From Candidatus Undinarchaeota archaeon (GTDB taxonomy: Archaea > Undinarchaeota > Undinarchaeia > Undinarchaeales > UBA543): 25,120 bases of DNA. Location: contig CAZMMZ010000005.1 of assembly GCA_964567575.1 (NCBI GenBank), positions 1,953-27,072 on the forward strand, given 5' to 3'. A program made the translations under genes and the position numbers. Numbering within the stretch: the first letter of the stretch is position 1; the number at the start of each line of letters is the position of its first letter. The notes under the pieces were generated by a model. That model did no database searches. It saw only the letters and a list, made by a program, of their open reading frames with translations, and had not been told where the DNA came from. Positions 7,393 to 16,378 of the stretch are shown piece by piece.

Positions 7393-8367
7393 CTCAACTT
7401 CATACTCTGCTGAACCCATTCCTAATTTCTCAGCATCCTTTACATGAGTTAATGGATCTTTCTTATTCTCTTCTAAGAAAACATTTTTCCCTTCTTGTTT
7501 GTTTATGAGTTCAATTGAGGCAGTGTCAATTGCAACAGGATCTTCACCAGCAAGATAACCAATATCCTGCGCCACTATTTTCTTAGCATCATCGCAGTCG
7601 CATCTATCAGAAATCTGAACAACTGCATTTATGTAATAAGATTTTTTGAAAAGTTTGTATGCAGATACAGCACCTTCTGCTAAAAGCCAATCAAAATAAT
7701 CAACTTTTGGTTTAATTGCTTTTGTTGGGCAGAATATTGCGCAATTACTACAACCAGCGCAGAAAGTTTGTCCAAACTCTGGGCCATCATATCCAAGTTT
7801 TATATTTTTAGTATTACAATGTCGTACACATTCTCCGCATTGATTGCATTCACCAACATAAACTGGTTCGCCGCCTGCGTGTATTCGCCCTTTTGTTTCT
7901 TTTGTTAAAGAACCCATTCCAAGATTTTTCACAGCGCATCCGAATCCTGAACACCGATGCCCTTTAACATGACTGAACACCAGAACTCCATCAGCATCTA
8001 CTTGCGGTTTGCAAATATCAATATCATAATATTTTCCTTTTACAGTCAACCCTTCATTTGAAATTACAATAGGACATCCAACAGCTTCTTCAGTGAATCC
8101 ATGTTCGCTCGCAGTTTGCAAATATTGTTCAACAGTGTGTCGAGCGCCTTTGTAAGTTGTTGGAGAGTCAAATAGGAATGGCTCGACGCCTATTGATTTT
8201 AATTTCGCAATGACTTTTTTAATATATTCAGGGCGCAAAAAGAATTTGTTACCTTTTTCTCCCATGTGAAGCTTCACACAAATTTTTTCTCCTTTCTTAA
8301 AAAGTTCATTCCATTTAATTTTATCAAAAAGTTCTTCCAATGTTTTTGAAAATAATAATTTACTCAT
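7387..8367 (-). CDS. DUF362-family protein with a 2x[4Fe-4S] ferredoxin domain
   Basis: VKLHMGEKGN, FLFDS, SHVKGH...GFGCAVKNLGMG, CNQCGECVRHC, CAGCSNCAIFCP and DPVAIDTAS motifs. Confidence 0.88.
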   Translation of the reverse strand: MSKLLFSKTLEELFDKIKWNELFKKGEKICVKLHMGEKGNKFFLRPEYIKKVIAKLKSIGVEPFLFDSPTTYKGARHTVEQYLQTASEHGFTEEAVGCPIVISNEGLTVKGKYYDIDICKPQVDADGVLVFSHVKGHRCSGFGCAVKNLGMGSLTKETKGRIHAGGEPVYVGECNQCGECVRHCNTKNIKLGYDGPEFGQTFCAGCSNCAIFCPTKAIKPKVDYFDWLLAEGAVSAYKLFKKSYYINAVVQISDRCDCDDAKKIVAQDIGYLAGEDPVAIDTASIELINKQEGKNVFLEENKKDPLTHVKDAEKLGMGSAEYEVEM

Positions 8368-9229
8368 CTTTTCTAAATTTAAATCCCATAATTCTGTATG
8401 CTAATTTCGCAGCTAGGAAATCAGGAGCATGCATGCCTTTAATTGGGCAGAGTTCTGTGATATCAATTCCAACAACATTCCGTTCTTTGAAAACTTTCTC
8501 AAGGAATCGTGTAACATCTTCCCACAATAATCCGCCTGGCTCTGGAGTTCCAGTGCTTGGCATTATACTAGGATCAAACACATCCAAATCAAGAGTTATG
8601 TAAACATCATTATTCAATTTCTTAATTGCATCCTCATGCCAATCTGTATTTCCTTTAATGTCATGCGCGTAGAAAACAGAATATCGATGTTTCTTAATAA
8701 TTCCAACTTCATCTTCACTCAAGCTTCGAATTCCAACTTGAACAAAAGGAATTTTCATATTGTGAATATTAGTCATAACACAGGCCGGTGAATCTTCACT
8801 ACCTTTGTATTTGTCCCACAAATCTGCATGCGCATCAAGCTGAAGTACAGACACATCAGGATAAAGTTCTTTGATAGAAGCAACAGCACCAGGAGTTATT
8901 GAATGATCACCGCCAATAATTACTGGAAACTTCTTTGCACCTGCAACAAGTGTAACTTTGTCTCTAATTTTCCGCGTAACCTCTGCAGTGGTTTTTCCTT
9001 CAACAGCATGGCCAGTGTGAATTACATTCATTGCTGTGTTCTGTTGCAAATACTCGTCCCAAAGCTCCATGTTCTTACTGGCTTCAATAAAAGCGCTTGG
9101 CCCTTTCTCTGCACCTGCTTGCCAAACTGGCTCACCATCATAAGGCACAGGCAACACAACAATCTTTGAACCTTTCCAGTGCGAGAATTCCTCTGGCAGT
9201 GCTCCAAAATTATCAGGTACTTTATCCAT
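8360..9229 (-). CDS. speB: Agmatinase / ureohydrolase
   Basis: GGDHSI, DAHADL, QVGIRS, DLDVFDP and TGTPEPGG metal-binding motifs of the arginase family. Confidence 0.92.
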   Translation of the reverse strand: MDKVPDNFGALPEEFSHWKGSKIVVLPVPYDGEPVWQAGAEKGPSAFIEASKNMELWDEYLQQNTAMNVIHTGHAVEGKTTAEVTRKIRDKVTLVAGAKKFPVIIGGDHSITPGAVASIKELYPDVSVLQLDAHADLWDKYKGSEDSPACVMTNIHNMKIPFVQVGIRSLSEDEVGIIKKHRYSVFYAHDIKGNTDWHEDAIKKLNNDVYITLDLDVFDPSIMPSTGTPEPGGLLWEDVTRFLEKVFKERNVVGIDITELCPIKGMHAPDFLAAKLAYRIMGFKFRKDE

Positions 9230-9265
9230 GTGTAATCCTTAGTATTAGATTATAAAATAGTTTCT

Positions 9266-10018
9266 CTACTCACTCTCAATCCGTGGCGCTAAAACAAATC
9301 CCAACTGAACCTTATCCACGACTGTGAAATCCATTCGCATTGGATAATCATTTCCAATTTTTATATTCACAGTGTCAGCAAGCTTTGCAGCTTTGGACAT
9401 CTTGCGTAAATAATCTAATGGGAATGTGCTTTTCACATGATCCTTTGCAGTTAAATTAACCAGTGAATCATTTCCTTTCTCAAGTTTCAATTCAGTTCTT
9501 CGGGAATCCCCTTCACTGCGCATTGTGAAATTATCAGGATCTGCTTCAAGGATAACTGCATCAGAAATAAGTTCAGCATCACTGATACCGTCCTCAAGAA
9601 TTCCGCTTCGAAGTTGTACCTCAACAGGGAACTCCAAGTTTGGAGTTTTGGTCTCATGTTTCAAATCCAAAAGTGGAACTTTGAAAGCGCGACTAAATCC
9701 GCCTGCAAAGTTAATGTGAAGTGTGTTATCCTCAAGCTCAAGAGTTATAGTGTCAGATGCTTTTGCACGTTTTAGAATATTAGTAAATTCAATAATATTA
9801 ATTCCGATTCCAACTTCTTCTTGCACATCGAATTCTGAGAATGCACTTGCAAGGAGTTTCATATCAACCATTGCAACATTCGCGGAATCCATGCTAACAA
9901 GTTCAAGCCCATTCTTTGTAACCTTGAAAACTCCTTCATTCAACAGATTTGAGACAGCAGTTATACTGTCTTTTAACAACTCTGATTCTTTAATTACTAC
10001 TTTGAATTTCTTCGCCAT
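9266..10018 (-). CDS. pcn: PCNA sliding clamp
   Basis: SMDSANVAMVD, ILKRAK, FPLDYL, GNDYPMRMDF and LAPRIE motifs; 250 aa. Confidence 0.97.
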   Translation of the reverse strand: MAKKFKVVIKESELLKDSITAVSNLLNEGVFKVTKNGLELVSMDSANVAMVDMKLLASAFSEFDVQEEVGIGINIIEFTNILKRAKASDTITLELEDNTLHINFAGGFSRAFKVPLLDLKHETKTPNLEFPVEVQLRSGILEDGISDAELISDAVILEADPDNFTMRSEGDSRRTELKLEKGNDSLVNLTAKDHVKSTFPLDYLRKMSKAAKLADTVNIKIGNDYPMRMDFTVVDKVQLGFVLAPRIESE

Positions 10019-10106
10019 ATATTTTACCCTCTACTTTAAAGTCTAAGTAACCCTCTCCCAAGTGGGGTTATCTTGTCTGGTACGAATTAATAGTTTAAAA
10101 AACTAT

Positions 10107-10364
10107 CTAAAATCCGCCCCAGATTAAATGTGATACTATTGCAGCTAGAATTGCAACAAGTGCAAGTATGAGGATCGGTCCCATACCACCTGTGAAGAGA
10201 TAGACAACGCTTTCTGTAACCATTGCAACACTAAAAGCTGTTGCTGGTTTTGGAATGCATATTTCGTCGCCGTTGTCTCCGGCAGGAGCTCTTGCGTATA
10301 CTGCGCTGATTGCTACTGTGAACATCAGCATTGCAATCAATATTAGTGCATATTGTTTTTTCAT
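10107..10364 (-). CDS. Small membrane protein of unknown function (signal-like N-terminus plus hydrophobic C-terminus)
   Basis: 85-aa ORF coupled to the upstream gene (overlap at 10364), with hydrophobic segments at both ends. Confidence 0.65.
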   Translation of the reverse strand: MKKQYALILIAMLMFTVAISAVYARAPAGDNGDEICIPKPATAFSVAMVTESVVYLFTGGMGPILILALVAILAAIVSHLIWGGF

Positions 10365-10666
10365 TATAATCCTTTTGATTTAATTTTCTTATATATGTTG
10401 TCATTAAGCTCGCGTATGTCTTGAACAAGTTCTGAAGTCAATATCAAGATATTTTCTTCCTTCATTGGCTTGCCAAATACACGAACTTTGCTACCAGCAT
10501 CAACATTGTCATCTGAATTAATTTTTATGCTTCCGGTTTCATCTTCAAGAGTGAAACTGTTTCCATCTATATCTTTAATTGTGCCAATAACACGAACCAG
10601 TAAATCGTCTTCTGTAATTTCCGATACTCTCCGCTCTACTGCTGGTGGTTTTTTCGGTCTTTCCAT
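10364..10666 (-). CDS. Single OB-fold protein, probable RPA small subunit (RPA14/RPA3-like)
   Basis: PAVERRVSEI...VRVIGTI...FTLEDETGSIKI...VRVFGKP...ELVQD OB-fold pattern, located in a replication gene cluster. Confidence 0.72.
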   Translation of the reverse strand: MERPKKPPAVERRVSEITEDDLLVRVIGTIKDIDGNSFTLEDETGSIKINSDDNVDAGSKVRVFGKPMKEENILILTSELVQDIRELNDNIYKKIKSKGL

Positions 10667-10864
10667 CTATTTCTTATAACTAATAAGAATTGACTCAGAA
10701 AGAACGAGCAGAATTATTCCTATTACTGCAAGCACAAGTGCTCCTTGCGCTTCTGTAAATCTCTTTGCAAGAAGGAATGCTCCCCAAATTACTCCGAAAG
10801 CAAAAACTATTCCACCTGCTACAAGCATTGATTCCCAAACTTTTGTGTGACTTATTGAGGCCAT
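10667..10864 (-). CDS. Small two-TM membrane protein (65 aa)
   Basis: MASISHTKVWESMLVAGGIVFAFGVIWGAFLL...LVLAVIGIILLVLSESILISYKK. Only the 3' part of the 140-aa track ORF is plausible; the 5' part overlaps tfs. Confidence 0.65.
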   Translation of the reverse strand: MASISHTKVWESMLVAGGIVFAFGVIWGAFLLAKRFTEAQGALVLAVIGIILLVLSESILISYKK

Positions 10865-10919
10865 TTTAACATCAATGTCTAATAATCTTGTCTGGCTTAT
10901 AAAGGTTTTTGAAGAAGAA

Positions 10920-11246
10920 TTAGCTGTATTCTCGCCAAGTGTGTCTGCACTTTGTGCACTTGTAAAATCTGGTTGGTGCTTCATCTGCAGAACGCGTTTG
11001 TTCAATCCACCAATACGCTTTCTTGTTATGGCATTTCGGACACTCGTTATCTGTTTTAGGGAGTGTAGAATTATTTTCATCCATAACAACTATTCCTAAA
11101 TCTTTCTTTTGCTCTTCAACAGTATTGAAAGCTTCCTCATCAGCGCCGTCAACATATTTGCATTTCGGACAAATCAATTCTACATCCTCAGATCCTTTCT
11201 TTTCACGAGGATTCATCATGGCTCCGCATTTTGGACAAAATTGCAT
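10920..11246 (-). CDS. tfs: Transcription factor S (TFS)
   Basis: N-terminal FCPKCG...CPKC ribbon and C-terminal CPKC...QTRSADEAPTRFYKCTKC with the catalytic DE hairpin. Confidence 0.95.
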   Translation of the reverse strand: MQFCPKCGAMMNPREKKGSEDVELICPKCKYVDGADEEAFNTVEEQKKDLGIVVMDENNSTLPKTDNECPKCHNKKAYWWIEQTRSADEAPTRFYKCTKCRHTWREYS

Positions 11247-11247
11247 T

Positions 11248-11778
11248 TTAACCTCTCCCTGTAATTTTTAAGAATAGTATTTTAACATAACCAAGGAAAG
11301 GCACTCTTACAAGTGCGCGCCCTTGAATGTGTTCACTTTTCAATGGAGGAATATTGTCATCTTGATCAACATTCATGTTGTTGTCTCCTTTTGTGGAAAG
11401 TCCGTCGTCTTCTTTTCTAACAATTCGATGGATTATCGGCTCCCCACCATTCAATTTATAGACTATCACATCTCCTTTCTCCAACTCCTCATATGGAGTT
11501 CCTTTTACAAAAACAATGTCTCCTTTAGTTATTCCGTTTCGGAATGACCATTCATTCATATCTGCTTCATCATATTTTCTATCAACAAACCAGGTGTGAT
11601 AACTGTTAATTGTGTCGTGTTCCATACTTCCTGAAACAACTGCAACAACTGGATAATCAGTATTCATAAAAAAACCAAGCGCAGCATTAGCTCCAACTGC
11701 AATCAAATATCCTAATACAATATACGCTAGTGTTTCAATTATATCCTTCTGTCGTTTGCTTAGTTTTATTTTCTTCAA
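11248..11778 (-). CDS. sec11: Signal peptidase I (S26B, Sec11 type)
   Basis: TM helix, then VVSGSME (catalytic Ser), GDVIVY, IIHRIV (His) and TKGDNN. TTG start. Confidence 0.92.
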   Translation of the reverse strand: MKKIKLSKRQKDIIETLAYIVLGYLIAVGANAALGFFMNTDYPVVAVVSGSMEHDTINSYHTWFVDRKYDEADMNEWSFRNGITKGDIVFVKGTPYEELEKGDVIVYKLNGGEPIIHRIVRKEDDGLSTKGDNNMNVDQDDNIPPLKSEHIQGRALVRVPFLGYVKILFLKITGRG

Positions 11779-11823
11779 GATAGTATCCTCTATCCTCTAG
11801 AATAACATATACTACAAAATCGT

Positions 11824-12096
11824 TTATAAGGATTTTTTAGCCTTATCTTCAAGTTCTGCTGCGGTTTTTCCAAGACGAGTTATAGCGTCTTTGAGAGCTT
11901 TTTTTGCAGATTCCCCTTTTGTTTTAATTATTAATTTCGGATTTGATTTTAAAGGGTGATCTATAATGTAAGTAGCACTGGTCACCTTGCTGTCATTGTA
12001 GCACTCATCTGTGACTGCATTAACGAGCGTGTGTGTTTCCCCCACAAGCTCTACTTCGATTTGTTCTTTTTCGTCTTTTATAATGTTGATTTCCAT
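11824..12096 (-). CDS. rpoL: RNA polymerase subunit L (Rpo11)
   Basis: GETHTLVNAV...ATYIIDHPLKSNPKLIIKT motif, upstream of tfs. Confidence 0.93.
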   Translation of the reverse strand: MEINIIKDEKEQIEVELVGETHTLVNAVTDECYNDSKVTSATYIIDHPLKSNPKLIIKTKGESAKKALKDAITRLGKTAAELEDKAKKSL

Positions 12097-12137
12097 TTTA
12101 GTAGACTATTCTTGAGTTTTAACGTGTTTATAAATGT

Positions 12138-13103
12138 TTAGAACCGGTCCAATTTATAATTTTCCCATTTTCTAACACCTAATACAATTTCCAATTCTTC
12201 TGGTGTCAGCATTGGCTTGTCATAATTCCCTGCATCATCAATTGCAATTCTTGGGCAAGCTGTATTCACATAAGCATCCACATCAAATCCAAGCAATTTG
12301 TCAGGGCCTATAAAATCTGATACAATAATCTGTGCTTCTTTTCCTTTTTCTTCACAAAGCTTCTTTAATTTAAGTGCCAAGTCTTTGCGGTTTTGTCCTG
12401 GCTTTATGCTAACAAGGATTCCGAATTTCTGTGCCGTTTTTGAATTTTCAATTTTCGCAAATCTTTTTCTCAAAAACTTTTCCTTTTCATCTTCAAGAAT
12501 TCTAATTTCATTCATTTCTGGATCTGCAATGTAAACTTTTTTCCCAGTTGCAAGTGCAATTTCAATTGGGTGGAAATTTCCAGTTCCAATGTAAAGATAA
12601 GCATCTGCTTCTGCATTAAGTGCAGCACCTGGGTCGCATCCAAGAATTTGTCCAGGATATTTTGAACGTGAATCTGATTTTCCAATAACAACTTCTTTTC
12701 CAGCTTTCTCAAGAATTTGTTTAACACTGTCGAGTTTGTGCACATGCTGAACAGTTGTTACTAATCCGATTTTCTTTTCTTCAATTTGCTCTGCAGCTTT
12801 CTCTGCAATTTTTGAAATATCAATATCAGATTGGTATTCAATGTAAACAACAGGAATCTTTGTTTCAATTCCCAAATCTGAATGTCCCACGTGAATCAAT
12901 AGCTCGCAACCCAATTCTTTTGCTTCACAGTCCCACAAATCGCAAGCTCCGTAACATGGCCCTGCAAATAAATAAACAGTTGCTCCAGTTTTTTCAATTT
13001 CTTGTACCCACTCTACTGCCTTTTTCTTTAGGCCTTCTGGAACTTGCAGTCCAATTGTTTTTGCATTGCTTTCCTGAACTGCTTGTAAAATCTGTTCTTG
13101 CAT
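12138..13103 (-). CDS. dph2: Diphthamide biosynthesis enzyme Dph2 (2-(3-amino-3-carboxypropyl)histidine synthase)
   Basis: LQVPEGLK, CYGACD, HVGHS, QILGC, GTGNFH and TACPRI, with all three Fe-S cysteines present. ATG at 13103 follows a GAAGGA motif. Confidence 0.93.
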   Translation of the reverse strand: MQEQILQAVQESNAKTIGLQVPEGLKKKAVEWVQEIEKTGATVYLFAGPCYGACDLWDCEAKELGCELLIHVGHSDLGIETKIPVVYIEYQSDIDISKIAEKAAEQIEEKKIGLVTTVQHVHKLDSVKQILEKAGKEVVIGKSDSRSKYPGQILGCDPGAALNAEADAYLYIGTGNFHPIEIALATGKKVYIADPEMNEIRILEDEKEKFLRKRFAKIENSKTAQKFGILVSIKPGQNRKDLALKLKKLCEEKGKEAQIIVSDFIGPDKLLGFDVDAYVNTACPRIAIDDAGNYDKPMLTPEELEIVLGVRKWENYKLDRF

Positions 13104-13139
13104 AATAAATTCCTTCAAGTTATGGTATAAAAATGTTAG

Positions 13140-15779
13140 CTATTGCTGTTCTTCTTGCTCTGGTTGTGGTGCTTGTTCAGGTTCTTCCTTTTTCTTGTGA
13201 TGGAACAACCCAGTTACTTTCTCTCCAATTTCTTCAACAGCATCTTCAATTTTGTCAATAATCCCTTCTTTTTCTTGTGATTCTGGATTCTTTAATTTAT
13301 CTTCAAGATCTTGAAGTTCGTTTTCATCAGCAGGTGCAGTTGGTGCTTCAGGCACTGGTTCTACTGGTGCAGGTGCTGGCTGTTCTGGCGCAGGAGTTGG
13401 TTTCGGGGCAGGTGCAGCAACTTGTGGTGCAGGTTCTGCTTGTTCATCATTTGCAAGAGTGATTTTGCTTTCTTCTTGCGCAACTATTTTCATTGTTTGC
13501 ACAGCAACATCAGCATTTGCACTAATTGAATTGATTCCTTTTTCAACAAGGAATTTTATAATTTCAGGTTTTGTTGATGGTGCTTGTCCACAAATTGAAA
13601 CTGTTATGTTTTCTTTGTGTCCGAGTTTTATTAAACGAGCAATTGATCTGAGAACTGCTTCGTCTTGTTCATTAAAGTAACCCAGTCTCTCAAGAGTTTC
13701 AGAATCGCGATCAGCTCCCATTGTTAATTGTGTTAAATCATTACTGCCAATTGAGAATCCATCTACAAGTGGTGCGAATTTGTCAGCAAGAACAACAACT
13801 GAAGGGACTTCTGCCATTATCCAGAGTTTGAAATCTTCTCCTCGTTCCAATCCTTCTGCTTTCATCAGTTCTGTAACTTTAGTTACATCAGAAACTGTTC
13901 TGACAAATGGTAACATGACCCAGACATTCTTCAATCCTCCATCGCGAACTTTCTTGACTGCTTTAAGTTCTAGTTTGAAAGCTTCTTGGTATTTTTCAGA
14001 AGTGTATCGTGAACATCCTCTCCAGCCGAGCATTGGATTGTCTTCATGCTCCTCAAATTTCTCTCCACCTTTCAAGTCCTTGTATTCATTTGTTTTGAAA
14101 TCACTAAGTCGCAAGACAACTGGTCTTGGATTGAAAGCTTCAGCAACTTCTTTTATTCCGTCTGCAAGTTTGTCAACAAATTCTTGCCCTGCTCCGCGTT
14201 CTATCATAGCAAGTGGATGCTCTTTAACTTGTGTTGCAATTATGAATTCTTCTCGCATTAAACCAACACCATCAACTGGTAGTGCTGCAACTTCCTTTGC
14301 TTTGCTGGGGATTCCGAGATTAACATAAATTTTAGTTTTTGTAGGAATCTTTTCAGCAGTTTCTAATACTGGGCTTCCTTTCTGTTCTGTTCCTTCTGCA
14401 ATTCCTGAATAAACTTCTCCTTTCCTCGCATCAACTGTAACTTCTTGATCCTCTTTCAAAACTTGTGTTGCATTTCCTGTTCCAACAATACATGGTATTC
14501 CAAGTTCTCGAGAAACAATTGCAGCGTGGCAAGTAACTCCGCCTTCATTTGTTACAATTGCAGCTGCTCGTTCCATTGCAGGAACCATGTCTGGGTTTGT
14601 CATTTTTGAAACCATAACATCTCCTTTCTGAACTTTGTCCAGTTCACTCACTTCTTCAATAAGTTTAACTTTTCCAGAACCGATTCCTGGACTTGCTCCA
14701 AAACCTTTTACAATAGCATCACTACCTGATTCAATTACTGGTGCGGCTGCTTCTGGTTTTTCTTCAGTTTTTTCTTGGGGTTTGTCATCTCCCATTGTTG
14801 TAACTGGTCTTGATTGTAAAATGAAAATTTTATTATCATCAACTGCCCATTCAATATCTTGAGGATATCCATAATGTTCCTCAATTTTCTTTCCAATTTC
14901 TGAAAGCTTTAAAGCTTCATGATCTGTTAAGGAACTTTTTGATCCAGTTTCATCTGTTAAAGTGACTTTAGTTGTATCTCCAGTTCCGACATCCCGTGTA
15001 TACATGAAATCTTTTTTTGAAACTCTTTTATCAACAATCTGCATTGTTTCTTTATCAATAAGGAAATGATCTGGTGTAACTTGCCCACCAACAATTGCTT
15101 CTCCAAGTCCCCACGCTGAATCAATTGAAATTTTTCCTTTATCATTGTCAACTGGATTGATTGTGAACATAACTCCTGATTTATCAGAATCAATCATCTT
15201 CTGAACAATTACACAAATTAAAACATCCTCATGTTTGAAACCTTTTTTAACACGATAATAAATTGCGCGTGCTGTGTAAAGTGAAGCCCAGCAACTGCGT
15301 ACAGCATCAATTAAATTTGTCGCGCCTTTGATATTAAGGAACGTTGCTTGCTGTCCTGCAAAACTTGCACCTGGTAAATCCTCAGCAGTTGCAGAAGAAC
15401 GCACAGCAACATATTGTCCTGGTTCTTGATTAGTTCCTGCAATTATAATTTCAGATGATTTTGGTAATTGAGAATAAGCTTGTTTAATTTCTTCTTGTAC
15501 ATCTTCAGGTATAGCAGTGCCTTTGATTATTTTTTGTATGGTTTCTGCAGCATTCTGTAATTTGTCATTATCTTCAACATCAAGGTCTTTCAAGACCTCA
15601 TTAATATCTTCATTAATTTTCTCATCTTCTACAAATTTTTTGTAGGTCTGAGCACTAACAACAAACCCGCCTGGTACTGGAAGGCCTGCATTAACCATCT
15701 CACCGAGATTGGCTCCTTTGCCACCAGCTACTGGTATGCTGTCTTTATTCAAATCTTTGAACCATACAATGTAATCCAT
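13140..15779 (-). CDS. ppsA: Phosphoenolpyruvate synthase with a low-complexity C-terminal extension
   Basis: GGKGANLGEM, AVRSSATAEDL...SFAGQQ, PQDIEWA, GGVTCHAAIVSRE (phospho-His), EDNPMLGWRG and SIGSNDLTQ motifs. Confidence 0.96.
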   Translation of the reverse strand: MDYIVWFKDLNKDSIPVAGGKGANLGEMVNAGLPVPGGFVVSAQTYKKFVEDEKINEDINEVLKDLDVEDNDKLQNAAETIQKIIKGTAIPEDVQEEIKQAYSQLPKSSEIIIAGTNQEPGQYVAVRSSATAEDLPGASFAGQQATFLNIKGATNLIDAVRSCWASLYTARAIYYRVKKGFKHEDVLICVIVQKMIDSDKSGVMFTINPVDNDKGKISIDSAWGLGEAIVGGQVTPDHFLIDKETMQIVDKRVSKKDFMYTRDVGTGDTTKVTLTDETGSKSSLTDHEALKLSEIGKKIEEHYGYPQDIEWAVDDNKIFILQSRPVTTMGDDKPQEKTEEKPEAAAPVIESGSDAIVKGFGASPGIGSGKVKLIEEVSELDKVQKGDVMVSKMTNPDMVPAMERAAAIVTNEGGVTCHAAIVSRELGIPCIVGTGNATQVLKEDQEVTVDARKGEVYSGIAEGTEQKGSPVLETAEKIPTKTKIYVNLGIPSKAKEVAALPVDGVGLMREEFIIATQVKEHPLAMIERGAGQEFVDKLADGIKEVAEAFNPRPVVLRLSDFKTNEYKDLKGGEKFEEHEDNPMLGWRGCSRYTSEKYQEAFKLELKAVKKVRDGGLKNVWVMLPFVRTVSDVTKVTELMKAEGLERGEDFKLWIMAEVPSVVVLADKFAPLVDGFSIGSNDLTQLTMGADRDSETLERLGYFNEQDEAVLRSIARLIKLGHKENITVSICGQAPSTKPEIIKFLVEKGINSISANADVAVQTMKIVAQEESKITLANDEQAEPAPQVAAPAPKPTPAPEQPAPAPVEPVPEAPTAPADENELQDLEDKLKNPESQEKEGIIDKIEDAVEEIGEKVTGLFHHKKKEEPEQAPQPEQEEQQ

Positions 15780-15839
15780 TTTGATACCTGTGCGCACTAG
15801 GTAATGTTAATTTAAATAAGTTTAGGGAGAATTCAATAA

Positions 15840-16373
15840 TTAAGCTTCTGCTACTTTCTCGACTTTCAAACTGCACTTTACAGGGAATTTCATTTTTGCT
15901 CTTCGAAGTGCGTCTTTACCAACAAGCTCATCTTTTTTATCCACGAATACACTCATGATTTTTCTTCCGCGTCTAATTCTAGCTGCACATGCAACTGGTC
16001 TACCAAAAGATTTACTCATTCCACTTGAGAAACGGTCAGCTCCAGCACCAGTTGCCATTGAGTTTTCTCTTAGCACGTGGTGTGGATACTTTCTAATAAG
16101 AAGATGATAATTTAAATCTCCAAGTTGTTTTGTTAGTGTTTTTGTTGATGCAATACGAGCTGCTTCCAAAGCATTGTGTTTAATTTGCACATCGTGTTCA
16201 GTAACTAATGATAATTCAGTATTATACTCTCCCTTTCTGTTTCCAGTGTGGAAGTGGTGAATTCGAAGACCAGGAATACCTTTCACATAACCTTTTCTTG
16301 GCTTGCGCTCGCTCTTTCTGCAATTTGGTCTTGCATCAAATCTTGCGTATATTCCTCCGCGTCGTTCACCCAT
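15840..16373 (-). CDS. rpl10e: 50S ribosomal protein L10e/uL16
   Basis: HNALEAARI, YPHHVLREN...ATGAGADRFSSGM..SFGRP and ALRRAKMKFP motifs. Confidence 0.96.
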   Translation of the reverse strand: MGERRGGIYARFDARPNCRKSERKPRKGYVKGIPGLRIHHFHTGNRKGEYNTELSLVTEHDVQIKHNALEAARIASTKTLTKQLGDLNYHLLIRKYPHHVLRENSMATGAGADRFSSGMSKSFGRPVACAARIRRGRKIMSVFVDKKDELVGKDALRRAKMKFPVKCSLKVEKVAEA

Positions 16374-16378
16374 TTATT

